The translations under genes and the position numbers were made by a program. DNA of 64,000 nucleotides. It comes from Eledone cirrhosa. Taxonomy: Eukaryota. This document shows, one piece after another, positions 15,001 to 30,000 of this stretch. Location: positions 436,046,001 through 436,110,000 of the forward strand of contig OZ024740.1 of assembly GCA_964016885.1 (NCBI GenBank), given 5' to 3'. How positions within the stretch are numbered: position 1 is the first letter of the stretch; each line of letters opens with the position of its first letter. The notes below the pieces were generated by a model that was not told the origin of the DNA, searched no databases, and was given only the letters and a program-made list of their open reading frames with translations.

Positions 15001-18000
15001 TAGCAACCCTAGCCAGTATATAAACCTCCCTTATCACTACCTAGCAACCCTAGCCAGTATATAAACCTCCCTTATCACTACCTAGCAACCCTACCCAGTA
15101 TATAAACCTCCCTTATCACTACCTAGCAACCTTAGCCAGTATATAAACCTCCCTTATCACTACTAGTAACCTTAGCCAGTATATAAACCTCCCTTATCAC
15201 TACCTAGCAACCCTAGCCAGTATATAAACCTCCTTTATCACTACCTAGTAACCCTAGCCAGTATATAAACCTCCCTTATCACTACCTAGCAACCCTAGCC
15301 AGTATATAAACCTCCCTTATCACTACCTAGCAACCCTAGCCAGTATATAAACCTCCCTTATCACTACCTAGCAACCTTAGCCAGTATATAAACCTCCCTT
15401 ATTACTACCTAGCAACCCTAGCCAGTATATAAACCTCCCTTATCACAACCTAGCAACCTTAACCAGTATATAAACCTCTCTTATCACTACCTAGCAACCT
15501 TAGCCAGTATATAAACCTCCCTTATCACTACCTAGCAACCCTAGCCAGTATATAAACCTCCCTTATCACTACCTAGCAACCCTAGCCAGTATATAAACCT
15601 CCCTTATCACCACCTAGTAACCCTAGCCAGTATATAAACCTCCCTTATCACTACCTAGCAACCTTAGCCAGTATATAAACCTCTCTTATCACTACCTAGC
15701 AACCTTAGCCAGTATATAAACCTCTCTTATCACTACCTAGCAACCTTAGCCAGTATATAAACCTCTCTTATCACTACCTAGCAACCTTAGCCAGTATATA
15801 AACCTCTCTTATCACTACCTAGCAACCCTAGCCAGTATATAAACATTCCCTTATCACTACCTAGCAACCTCAGCCAGTATATAAACCTCCCTTATCACTA
15901 CCTAGCAACCTTAGCCAGTATATAAACCTCCCTTATTACTACCTAGCAACCTTAGCCAGTATATAAACCTCCCTTATCACTACCTAGCAACCTCAGCCAG
16001 TATATAAACCTCCCTTATCCCTACCTAGCAACCCTAGCCAGTATATAAACCTCCCTTATCACTACCTAGTAACCCTAGCCAGTATATAAACCTCCCTTAT
16101 TACTACCTAGCAACCTCAGCCAGTATATAAACCTCCCTTATCCCTACCTAGCAACCCTAGCCAATATATAAACCTACCTTATCACTACCTAGTAACCCTA
16201 GCCAGTATATAAACCCCCCTTGTCACTACCTAGCAACCCTAGCCAGTATATAAACCTCCCTTATTACTACCTAGCAACCCTAGCCAGTATATAAACCTCC
16301 CTTATAACTACCTAGCAACCTTAGCCAGTATATAAACCTCCCTTATCCCTACCTAGCAACCCTAGCCAGTATATAAACCTCCCTTATTACTACCTAGCAA
16401 CCCTAGCCAGTATATAAACATTCCCTTATTACTACCTAGCAACCTTAGCCAGTATATAAACCTCCCTTATCACTACCTAGCAACCTCAGCCAGTATATAA
16501 ACCTCCCTTATCACTACCTAGCAACCTCAGCCAGTATATAAACCTCCCTTATCACTACCTAGCAACCTTAGCCAGTATATAAACCTCTCTTATCACTACC
16601 TAGCAACCTCAGCCAGTATATAAACCTCCCTTGTCACTACCTAGCAACCTTAGCCAGTATATAAACCTCTCTTATCACTACCTAGCAACCCTAGCCAGTA
16701 TATAAACCTCCCTTATCACTACCTAGCAACCTTAGCCAGTATATGAACCTCCCTTATCACTACCTAGCAACCCTAGCCAGTATATAAACCTCCCTTATTA
16801 CTACCTAGCAACCTCAGCCAGTATATAAACCTCCCTTATCCCTACCTAGCAACCCTAGCCAGTATATAAACCTCCCTTATTACTACCTAGCAACCCTAGC
16901 CAGTATATAAACCTCCCTTATCACTACCTAGCAACCCTAGCCAGTATATAAACCTCCCTTATCACTACCTAGCAACCCTAGCCAGTATATAAACCTCCCT
17001 TATCACTACCTAGCAACCCTACCCAGTATATAAACCTCCCTTATCACTACCTAGCAACCCTAGCCAGTATATAAACCTCCCTTATCACTACCTAGCAACC
17101 CTAGCCAATATATAAACCTCCCTTATCACTACCTAGCAACCCTAGCCAGTATATAAACCTCCCTTATCACTACCTAGCAACCCTAGCCAGTATATAAACC
17201 TCCCTTATCACTACCTAGCAACCCTAGCCAGTATATAAACATTCACTTATTACTACCTAGCAACCTTAGCCAGTATATAAACCTCCCTTATTACTACCTA
17301 GCAACCTTAGCCAGTATATAAACCTCCCTTATCACTACCTAGCAACCTTAGCCAGTATATAAACCTCCCTTATTACTACCTAGCAACCTTAGCCAGTATA
17401 TAAACCTCCCTTATCACTACCTAGCAACCCTAGCCAGTATATAAACCTCCCTTATTACTACCTAGCAACCTCAGCCAGTATATAAACCTCCCTTATCCCT
17501 ACCTAGCAACCCTAGCCAGTATATAAACCTCCCTTATTACTACCTAGCAACCCTAGCCAGTATATAAACCTCCCTTATCACTACCTAGCAACCCTAGCCA
17601 GTATATAAACCTCCCTTATCACTACCTAGCAACCTCAGCCAGTATATAAACCTCCCTTATCACTACCTAGCAACCTTAGCCAGTATATAAACCTCCCTTA
17701 TCCCTACCTAGCAACCCTAGCCAGTATATAAACCTCCCTTATTACTACCTAGCAACCCTAGCCAGTATATAAACCTCCCTTATCACTACCTAGCAACCCT
17801 AGCCAGTATATAAACCTCCCTTATCACTACCTAGCAACCTTAGCCAGTATATAAACCTCCCTTATTACTACCTAGCAACCCTAGCCAGTATATAAACATT
17901 CCCTTATTACTACCTAGCAACCTTAGCCAGTATATAAACCTCCCTTATTACTACCTAGCAACCTTAGCCAGTATATAAACCTCCCTTATCACTACCTAGC

Positions 18001-21000
18001 AACCTTAGCCAGTATATAAACCTCCCTTATCACTACCTAGCAACCCTAGCCAGTATATAAACCTCCCTTATCACTACCTAGCAACCCTAGCCAGTATATA
18101 AACCTCCCTTATCACTACCTAGCAACCCTAGCCAGTATATAAACCTCCCTTATCACTACCTAGCAACCCTAGCCAGTATATAAACCTCCCTTATCACCAC
18201 CTAGTAACCCTAGCCAGTATATAAACCTCCCTTATCACTACCTAGCAACCTTAGCCAGTATATAAACCTCTCTTATCACTACCTAGCAACCTTAGCCAGT
18301 ATATAAACCTCCCTTATCACTACCTAGCAAACTTAGCCAGTATATAAGCCTCCCTTATTACTACCTAGCAACCTTAGCCAGTATATAAACCTCCCTTATC
18401 ACTACCTAGCAACCTCAGCCAGTATATAAACCTCCCTTATCCCTACCTAGCAACCCTAGCCAGTATATAAACCTCCCTTATTAATACCTAGCAACCCTAG
18501 CCAGTATATAAACCTCCCTTATCACTACCTAGCAACCCTAGCCAGTATATAAACCTCCCTTATCACTACCTAGCAACCCTAGCCAGTATATAAACCTCCC
18601 TTATCACTACCTAGCAACCCTAGCCAGTATATAAACCTCCCTTATCACTACCTAGCAACCCTAGCCAGTATATAAACCTCCCTTATTACTACCTAGCAAC
18701 CTTAGCCAGTATATAAACCTCCCTTATTACTACCTAGCAACCTTAGCCAGTATATAAACCTCCCTTATCACTACTAGCAACCTTAGCCAGTATATAAACC
18801 TCCCTTATCACTACCTAGCAACCCTAGCCAGTATATAAACCTCCCTTATCACTACCTAGCAACCCTAGCCAGTATATAAACCTCCCTTATTACTACCTAG
18901 CAACCTTAGCCAGTATATAAGCCTCCCTTATTACTACCTAGCAACCTTAGCCAGTATATAAACCTCCCTTATCACTACCTAGCAACCTCAGCCAGTATAT
19001 AAACCTCCCTTATCCCTACCTAGCAACCCTAGCCAGTATATAAACCTCCCTTATTACTACCTAGCAACCCTAGCCAGTATATAAACCTCTCTTATCACTA
19101 CCTAGCAACCCTAGCCAGTATATAAACATTCCCTTATTACTACCTAGCAACCTTAGCCAGTATATAAACCTCCCTTATTACTACCTAGCAACCTTAGCCA
19201 GTATATAAACCTCCCTTATCACTACTAGCAACCTTAGCCAGTATATAAACCTCCCTTATCACTACCTAGCAACCCTAGCCAGTATATAAACCTCCCTTAT
19301 CACTACCTAGCAACCCTAGCCAGTATATAAACCTCCCTTATCACTACCTAGCAACCCTAGCCAGTATATAAACCTCCCTTATCACTACCTAGCAACCCTA
19401 GCCAGTATATAAACCTCCCTTATCACCACCTAGTAACCCAAGCCAGTATATAAACCTCCCTTATCACTACCTAGCAACCTTAGCCAGTATATAAACCTCT
19501 CTTATCACTACCTAGCAACCTTAGCCAGTATATAAACCTCTCTTATCACCACCTAGTAACCCAAGCCAGTATATAAACCTCCCTTATCACTACCTAGCAA
19601 CCTTAGCCAGTATATAAACCTCTCTTATCACTACCTAGCAACCTTAGCCAGTATATAAACCTCTCTTATCACTACCTAGCAACATTAGCCAGTATATAAA
19701 CCTCTCTTATCACTACCTAGCAACCTTAGCCAGTATATAAACCTCCCTTATCACTACCTAGCAACCCTAGCCAGTATATAAACCTCCCTTATCACTACCT
19801 AGCAACCCTAGCCAGTATATAAACCTCCCTTATCACTACCTAGCAACCCTAGCCAGTATATAAACCTCCCTTATTACCACCTAGCAACCCTAGCCAGTAT
19901 ATAAACCTCCCTTTTCACCACCTAATAACCCTAGCCAGTATATAAACCTCCCTTATCACTACCTAGCAACCCTAGCCAGTATATAAACCTCCCTTATCAC
20001 TACCTAGCAACCTTAGCCAGTATATAAACCTCTCTTATCACTACCTAGCAACCCTAGCCAGTATATAAACCTCCCTTATCACTACCTAGTAACCCTAGCC
20101 AGTATATAAACCTCCCTTATTACTACCTAGCAACCTCAGCCAGTATATAAACCTCCCTTATCCCTACCCAGCAACCCTAGCCAATATATAAACCTACCTT
20201 ATCACTACCTAGTAACCCTAGCCAGTATATAAACCCCCCTTGTCACTACCTAGCAACCCTAGCCAGTATATAAACCTCCCTTATTACTACCTAGCAACCC
20301 TAGCCAGTATATAAACCTCCCTTATAACTACCTAGCAACCTTAGCCAGTATATAAACCTCCCTTATCCCTACCTAGCAACCCTAGCCAGTATATAAACCT
20401 CCCTTATTACTACCTAGCAACCCTAGCCAGTATATAAACCTCCCTTATCACTACCTAGCAACCTTAGCCAGTATATAAATCTCCCTTATCACTACCTAGC
20501 AACCCTAGCCAGTATATAAAGCTCCCTTATTACTACCTAGCAACCTCAGCCAGTATATAAACCTCCCTTATCCCTACCTAGCAACCCTAGCCAGTATATA
20601 AACCTCCCTTATTACTACCTAGCAACCCTAGCCAGTATATAAACCTCCCTTATCACTACCTAGCAACCCTAGCCAGTATATAAACCTCCCTTATCACTAC
20701 CTAGCAACCCTAGCCAGTATATAAACCTCCCTTATCACTACCTAGCAACCCTACCCAGTATATAAACCTCCCTTATCACTACCTAGCAACCTTAGCCAGT
20801 ATATAAACCTCCCTTATCACTACTAGTAACCTTAGCCAGTATATAAACCTCCCTTATCACTACCTAGCAACCCTAGCCAGTATATAAACCTCCTTTATCA
20901 CTACCTAGTAACCCTAGCCAGTATATAAACCTCCCTTATCACTACCTAGCAACCCTAGCCAGTATATAAACCTCCCTTATCACTACCTAGCAACCCTAGC

Positions 21001-24000
21001 CAGTATATAAACCTCCCTTATCACTACCTAGCAACCTTAGCCAGTATATAAACCTCCCTTATTACTACCTAGCAACCCTAGCCAGTATATAAACCTCCCT
21101 TATCACAACCTAGCAACCTTAACCAGTATATAAACCTCTCTTATCACTACCTAGCAACCTTAGCCAGTATATAAACCTCCCTTATCACTACCTAGCAACC
21201 CTAGCCAGTATATAAACCTCCCTTATCACTACCTAGCAACCCTAGCCAGTATATAAACCTCCCTTATCACCACCTAGTAACCCTAGCCAGTATATAAACC
21301 TCCCTTATCACTACCTAGCAACCTTAGCCAGTATATAAACCTCTCTTATCACTACCTAGCAACCTTAGCCAGTATATAAACCTCTCTTATCACTACCTAG
21401 CAACCTTAGCCAGTATATAAACCTCTCTTATCACTACCTAGCAACCTTAGCCAGTATATAAACCTCTCTTATCACTACCTAGCAACCCTAGCCAGTATAT
21501 AAACATTCCCTTATCACTACCTAGCAACCTCAGCCAGTATATAAACCTCCCTTATCACTACCTAGCAACCTTAGCCAGTATATAAACCTCCCTTATTACT
21601 ACCTAGCAACCTTAGCCAGTATATAAACCTCCCTTATCACTACCTAGCAACCTCAGCCAGTATATAAACCTCCCTTATCCCTACCTAGCAACCCTAGCCA
21701 GTATATAAACCTCCCTTATTACTACCTAGAAACCCTAGCCAGTATATAAACCTCCCTTATTACTACCTAGCAACCCTAGCCAGTATATAAACCTCCCTTA
21801 TCACTACCTAGCAACCCTAGCCAGTATATAAACCTCCATTATCACTACCTAGCAACCTTAGCCAGTATATAAAACTCCCTTATTACTACCTAGCAACCTT
21901 AGCCAGTATATAAACCTCCCTTATCACTACCTAGCAACCTTAACCAGTATATAAACCTCTCTTATCACTACCTAGCAACCTTAGCCAGTATATAAACCTC
22001 CCTTATCACTACCTAGCAACCCTAGCCAGTATATAAACCTCCCTTATCACTACCTAGCAACCCTAGCCAGTATATAAACCTCCCTTATCACTACCTAGCA
22101 AACCTAGCCAGTATATAAACCTCCCTTATCACCACCTAATAACCCTAGCCAGTATATAAACCTCCCTTATCACTACCTAGCAACCCTAGCCAGTATATAA
22201 ACCTCCCTTATCACTACCTAACAACCCTAGCCAGTATATAAACCTCCCTTATCACCACCTAATAACCCTAGCCAGTATATAAACCTCCCTTATCACTACC
22301 TAGCAACCCTAGCCAGTATATAAACCTCCCTTATCACCACCTAATAACCCTAGCCAGTATATAAACCTCCCTTATCACTACCTAGCAACCCTAGCCAGTA
22401 TATAAACCTCCTTTATCACTACCTAGTAACCCTAGCCAGTATATAAACCTCCCTTATCACTACCTAGCAACCCTAGCCAGTATATAAACCTCCCTTATCA
22501 CTACCTAGCAACCCTAGCCAGTATATAAACCTCCCTTATCACTACCTAGCAACCTTAGCCAGTATATAAACCTCCCTTATTACTACCTAGCAACCCTAGC
22601 CAGTATATAAACCTCCCTTATCACAACCTAGCAACCTTAACCAGTATATAAACCTCTCTTATCACTACCTAGCAACCTTAGCCAGTATATAAACCTCCCT
22701 TATCACTACCTAGCAACCCTAGCCAGTATATAAACCTCCCTTATCACTACCTAGCAACCCTAGCCAGTATATAAACCTCCATTATCACCACCTAGTAACC
22801 CTAGCCAGTATATAAACCTCCCTTATCACTACCTAGCAACCCTAGCCAGTATATAAACCTCCCTTATCACTACCTAGCAAACCTAGCCAGTATATAAACC
22901 TCCCTTATCACCACCTAATAACCCTAGCCAGTATATAAACCTCCCTTATCACTACCTAGCAACCCTAGCCAGTATATAAACCTCCCTTATCACTACCTAA
23001 CAACCCTAGCCAGTATATAAACCTCCCTTATCACTACCTAGCAACCCTAGCCAGTATATAAACCTCCTTTATCACTACCTAGTAACCCTAGCCAGTATAT
23101 AAACCTCCCTTATCACTACCTAGCAACCCTAGCCAGTATATAAACCTCCCTTATCACTACCTAGCAACCCTAGCCAGTATATAAACCTCCCTTATCACTA
23201 CCTAGCAACCTTAGCCAGTATATAAACCTCCCTTATTACTACCTAGCAACCCTAGCCAGTATATAAACCTCCCTTATCACAACCTAGCAACCTTAACCAG
23301 TATATAAACCTCTCTTATCACTACCTAGCAACCTTAGCCAGTATATAAACCTCCCTTATCACTACCTAGCAACCCTAGCCAGTATATAAACCTCCCTTAT
23401 CACTACCTAGCAACCCTAGCCAGTATATAAACCTCCATTATCACCACCTAGTAACCCTAGCCAGTATATAAACCTCCCTTATCACTACCTAGCAACCTTA
23501 GCCAGTATATAAACCTCTCTTATCACTACCTAGCAACCTTAGCCAGTATATAAACCTCTCTTATCACTACCTAGCAACCTTAGCCAGTATATAAACCTCT
23601 CTTATCACTACCTAGCAACCTTAGCCAGTATATAAACCTCTCTTATCACTACCTAGCAACCTCAGCCAGTATATAAACCTCCCTTATCACTACCTAGCAA
23701 CTTTAGCCAGTATATAAGCCTCCCTTATTACTACCTAGCAACCTTAGCCAGTATATAAACCTCCCTTATCACTACCTAGCAACCTCAGCCAGTATATAAA
23801 CCTCCCTTATCCCTACCTAGCAACCCTAGCCAGTATATAAACCTCCCTTATTACTACCTAGAAACCCTAGCCAGTATATAAACCTCCCTTATTACTACCT
23901 AGCAACCCTAGCCAGTATATAAACCTCCCTTATCACTACCTAGCAACCCTAGCCAGTATATAAACCTCCCTTATCACTACCTAGCAACCTTAGCCAGTAT

Positions 24001-27000
24001 ATAAAACTCCCTTATTACTACCTAGCAACCTTAGCCAGTATATAAACCTCCCTTATCACTACCTAGCAACCTTAGCCAGTATATAAACCTCCCTTATCAC
24101 TACCTAGCAACCCTAGCCAGTATATAAACCTCCCTTATCACTACCTAGCAACCCTAGCCAGTATATAAACCTCCCTTATCACTACCTAGCAACCCTAGCC
24201 AGTATATAAACCTCCCTTATCACCACCTAATAACCCTAGCCAGTATATAAACCTCCCTTATCACTACCTAGCAACCCTAGCCAGTATATAAACCTCCCTT
24301 ATCACTACCTAACAACCCTAGCCAGTATATAAACCTCCCTTATCACTACCTAGCAACCCTAGCCAGTATATAAACCTCCTTTATCACTACCTAGTAACCC
24401 TAGCCAGTATATAAACCTCCCTTATCACTACCTAGCAACCCTAGCCAGTATATAAACCTCCCTTATCACTACCTAGCAACCCTAGCCAGTATATAAACCT
24501 CCCTTATCACTACCTAGCAACCTTAGCCAGTATATAAACCTCCCTTATTACTACCTAGCAACCCTAGCCAGTATATAAACCTCCCTTATCACAACCTAGC
24601 AACCTTAACCAGTATATAAACCTCTCTTATCACTACCTAGCAACCTTAGCCAGTATATAAACCTCCCTTATCACTACCTAGCAACCTTAGCCAGTATATA
24701 AGCCTCCCTTATTACTACCTAGCAACCTTAGCCAGTATATAAACCTCCCTTATCACTACCTAGCAACCTCAGCCAGTATATAAACCTCCCTTATCCCTAC
24801 CTAGCAACCCTAGCCAGTATATAAACCTCCCTTATTACTACCTAGAAACCCTAGCCAGTATATAAACCTCCCTTATTACTACCTAGCAACCCTAGCCAGT
24901 ATATAAACCTCCCTTATCACTACCTAGCAACCCTAGCCAGTATATAAACCTCCCTTATCACTACCTAGCAACCTTAGCCAGTATATAAAACTCCCTTATT
25001 ACTACCTAGCAACCTTAGCCAGTATATAAACCTCCCTTATCACTACCTAGCAACCTTAGCCAGTATATAAACCTCTCTTATCACTACCTAGCAACCTTAG
25101 CCAGTATATAAACCTCTCTTATCACTACCTAGCAACCTTAGCCAGTATATAAACCTCTCTTATCACTACCTAGCAACCCTAGCCAGTATATAAACATTCC
25201 CTTATCACTACCTAGCAACCTCAGCCAGTATATAAACCTCCCTTATCACTACCTAGCAACCTTAGCCAGTATATAAGCCTCCCTTATTACTACCTAGCAA
25301 CCTTAGCCAGTATATAAACCTCCCTTATCACTACCTAGCAACCTCAGCCAGTATATAAACCTCCCTTATCCCTACCTAGCAACCCTAGCCAGTATATAAA
25401 CCTCCCTTATTACTACCTAGCAACCCTAGCCAGTATATAAACCTCCCTTATCACTACCTAGCAACCCTAGCCAGTATATAAACATTCCCTTATTACTACC
25501 TAGCAACCTTAGCCAGTATATAAACCTCCCTTATTACTACCTAGCAACCTTAGCCAGTATATAAACCTCCCTTATCACTACTAGCAACCTTAGCCAGTAT
25601 ATAAACCTCCCTTATCACTACCTAGCAACCCTAGCCAGTATATAAACCTCCCTTATCACTACCTAGCAACCCTAGCCAGTATATAAACCTCCCTTATCAC
25701 TACCTAGCAACCCTAGCCAGTATATAAACCTCCCTTATCACTACCTAGCAACCCTAGCCAGTATATAAACCTCCCTTATCACCACCTAGTAACCCTAGCC
25801 AGTATATAAACCTCCCTTATCACTACCTAGCAACCTTAGCCAGTATATAAACCTCTCTTATCACTACCTAGCAACCTTAGCCAGTATATAAACCTCTCTT
25901 ATCACTACCTAGCAAACTTAGCCAGTATATAAACCTCTCTTATCACTACCTAGCAACCTTAGCCAGTATATAAACCTCTCTTATCACTACCTAGCAACCC
26001 TAGCCAGTATATAAACATTCCCTTATCACTACCTAGCAACCTCAGCCAGTATATAAACCTCCCTTATTACTACCTAGAAACCCTAGCCAGTATATAAACC
26101 TCCCTTATTACTACCTAGCAACCCTAGCCAGTATATAAACCTCCCTTATCACTACCTAGCAACCCTAGCCAGTATATAAACCTCCCTTATCACTACCTAG
26201 CAACCTTAGCCAGTATATAAAACTCCCTTATTACTACCTAGCAACCTTAGCCAGTATATAAACCTCCCTTATCACTACCTAGCAACCTTAACCAGTATAT
26301 AAACCTCTCTTATCACTACCTAGCAACCTTAGCCAGTATATAAACCTCCCTTATCACTACCTAGCAACCCTAGCCAGTATATAAACCTCCCTTATCACTA
26401 CCTAGCAACCCTAGCCAGTATATAAACCTCCCTTATCACTACCTAGCAACCTCAGCCAGTATATAAACCTCCCTTATTACTACCTAGAAACCCTAGCCAG
26501 TATATAAACCTCCCTTATCACAACCTAGCAACCTTAACCAGTATATAAACCTCTCTTATCACTACCTAGCAACCTTAGCCAGTATATAAACCTCCCTTAT
26601 CACTACCTAGCAACCCTAGCCAGTATATAAACCTCCCTTATCACTACCTAGCAACCCTAGCCAGTATATAAACCTCCATTATCACCACCTAGTAACCCTA
26701 GCCAGTATATAAACCTCCCTTATCACTACCTAGCAACCCTAGCCAGTATATAAACCTCCCTTATCACTACCTAGCAAACCTAGCCAGTATATAAACCTCC
26801 CTTATCACCACCTAATAACCCTAGCCAGTATATAAACCTCCCTTATCACTACCTAGCAACCCTAGCCAGTATATAAACCTCCCTTATCACTACCTAACAA
26901 CCCTAGCCAGTATATAAACCTCCCTTATCACTACCTAGCAACCCTAGCCAGTATATAAACCTCCTTTATCACTACCTAGTAACCCTAGCCAGTATATAAA

Positions 27001-30000
27001 CCTCCCTTATCACTACCTAGCAACCCTAGCCAGTATATAAACCTCCCTTATCACTACCTAGCAACCCTAGCCAGTATATAAACCTCCCTTATCACTACCT
27101 AGCAACCTTAGCCAGTATATAAACCTCCCTTATTACTACCTAGCAACCCTAGCCAGTATATAAACCTCCCTTATCACAACCTAGCAACCTTAACCAGTAT
27201 ATAAACCTCTCTTATCACTACCTAGCAACCTTAGCCAGTATATAAACCTCCCTTATCACTACCTAGCAACCCTAGCCAGTATATAAACCTCCCTTATCAC
27301 TACCTAGCAACCCTAGCCAGTATATAAACCTCCATTATCACCACCTAGTAACCCTAGCCAGTATATAAACCTCCCTTATCACTACCTAGCAACCTTAGCC
27401 AGTATATAAACCTCTCTTATCACTACCTAGCAACCTTAGCCAGTATATAAACCTCTCTTATCACTACCTAGCAACCTTAGCCAGTATATAAACCTCTCTT
27501 ATCACTACCTAGCAACCTTAGCCAGTATATAAACCTCTCTTATCACTACCTAGCAACCTCAGCCAGTATATAAACCTCCCTTATCACTACCTAGCAACTT
27601 TAGCCAGTATATAAGCCTCCCTTATTACTACCTAGCAACCTTAGCCAGTATATAAACCTCCCTTATCACTACCTAGCAACCTCAGCCAGTATATAAACCT
27701 CCCTTATCCCTACCTAGCAACCCTAGCCAGTATATAAACCTCCCTTATTACTACCTAGAAACCCTAGCCAGTATATAAACCTCCCTTATTACTACCTAGC
27801 AACCCTAGCCAGTATATAAACCTCCCTTATCACTACCTAGCAACCCTAGCCAGTATATAAACCTCCCTTATCACTACCTAGCAACCTTAGCCAGTATATA
27901 AAACTCCCTTATTACTACCTAGCAACCTTAGCCAGTATATAAACCTCCCTTATCACTACCTAGCAACCTTAGCCAGTATATAAACCTCCCTTATCACTAC
28001 CTAGCAACCCTAGCCAGTATATAAACCTCCCTTATCACTACCTAGCAACCCTAGCCAGTATATAAACCTCCCTTATCACTACCTAGCAACCCTAGCCAGT
28101 ATATAAACCTCCCTTATCACCACCTAATAACCCTAGCCAGTATATAAACCTCCCTTATCACTACCTAGCAACCCTAGCCAGTATATAAACCTCCCTTATC
28201 ACTACCTAACAACCCTAGCCAGTATATAAACCTCCCTTATCACTACCTAGCAACCCTAGCCAGTATATAAACCTCCTTTATCACTACCTAGTAACCCTAG
28301 CCAGTATATAAACCTCCCTTATCACTACCTAGCAACCCTAGCCAGTATATAAACCTCCCTTATCACTACCTAGCAACCCTAGCCAGTATATAAACCTCCC
28401 TTATCACTACCTAGCAACCTTAGCCAGTATATAAACCTCCCTTATTACTACCTAGCAACCCTAGCCAGTATATAAACCTCCCTTATCACAACCTAGCAAC
28501 CTTAACCAGTATATAAACCTCTCTTATCACTACCTAGCAACCTTAGCCAGTATATAAACCTCCCTTATCACTACCTAGCAACCTTAGCCAGTATATAAGC
28601 CTCCCTTATTACTACCTAGCAACCTTAGCCAGTATATAAACCTCCCTTATCACTACCTAGCAACCTCAGCCAGTATATAAACCTCCCTTATCCCTACCTA
28701 GCAACCCTAGCCAGTATATAAACCTCCCTTATTACTACCTAGAAACCCTAGCCAGTATATAAACCTCCCTTATTACTACCTAGCAACCCTAGCCAGTATA
28801 TAAACCTCCCTTATCACTACCTAGCAACCCTAGCCAGTATATAAACCTCCCTTATCACTACCTAGCAACCTTAGCCAGTATATAAAACTCCCTTATTACT
28901 ACCTAGCAACCTTAGCCAGTATATAAACCTCCCTTATCACTACCTAGCAACCTTAGCCAGTATATAAACCTCTCTTATCACTACCTAGCAACCTTAGCCA
29001 GTATATAAACCTCTCTTATCACTACCTAGCAACCTTAGCCAGTATATAAACCTCTCTTATCACTACCTAGCAACCCTAGCCAGTATATAAACATTCCCTT
29101 ATCACTACCTAGCAACCTCAGCCAGTATATAAACCTCCCTTATCACTACCTAGCAACCTTAGCCAGTATATAAGCCTCCCTTATTACTACCTAGCAACCT
29201 TAGCCAGTATATAAACCTCCCTTATCACTACCTAGCAACCTCAGCCAGTATATAAACCTCCCTTATCCCTACCTAGCAACCCTAGCCAGTATATAAACCT
29301 CCCTTATTACTACCTAGCAACCCTAGCCAGTATATAAACCTCCCTTATCACTACCTAGCAACCCTAGCCAGTATATAAACATTCCCTTATTACTACCTAG
29401 CAACCTTAGCCAGTATATAAACCTCCCTTATTACTACCTAGCAACCTTAGCCAGTATATAAACCTCCCTTATCACTACTAGCAACCTTAGCCAGTATATA
29501 AACCTCCCTTATCACTACCTAGCAACCCTAGCCAGTATATAAACCTCCCTTATCACTACCTAGCAACCCTAGCCAGTATATAAACCTCCCTTATCACTAC
29601 CTAGCAACCCTAGCCAGTATATAAACCTCCCTTATCACTACCTAGCAACCCTAGCCAGTATATAAACCTCCCTTATCACCACCTAGTAACCCTAGCCAGT
29701 ATATAAACCTCCCTTATCACTACCTAGCAACCTTAGCCAGTATATAAACCTCTCTTATCACTACCTAGCAACCTTAGCCAGTATATAAACCTCTCTTATC
29801 ACTACCTAGCAAACTTAGCCAGTATATAAACCTCTCTTATCACTACCTAGCAACCTTAGCCAGTATATAAACCTCTCTTATCACTACCTAGCAACCCTAG
29901 CCAGTATATAAACATTCCCTTATCACTACCTAGCAACCTCAGCCAGTATATAAACCTCCCTTATTACTACCTAGAAACCCTAGCCAGTATATAAACCTCC

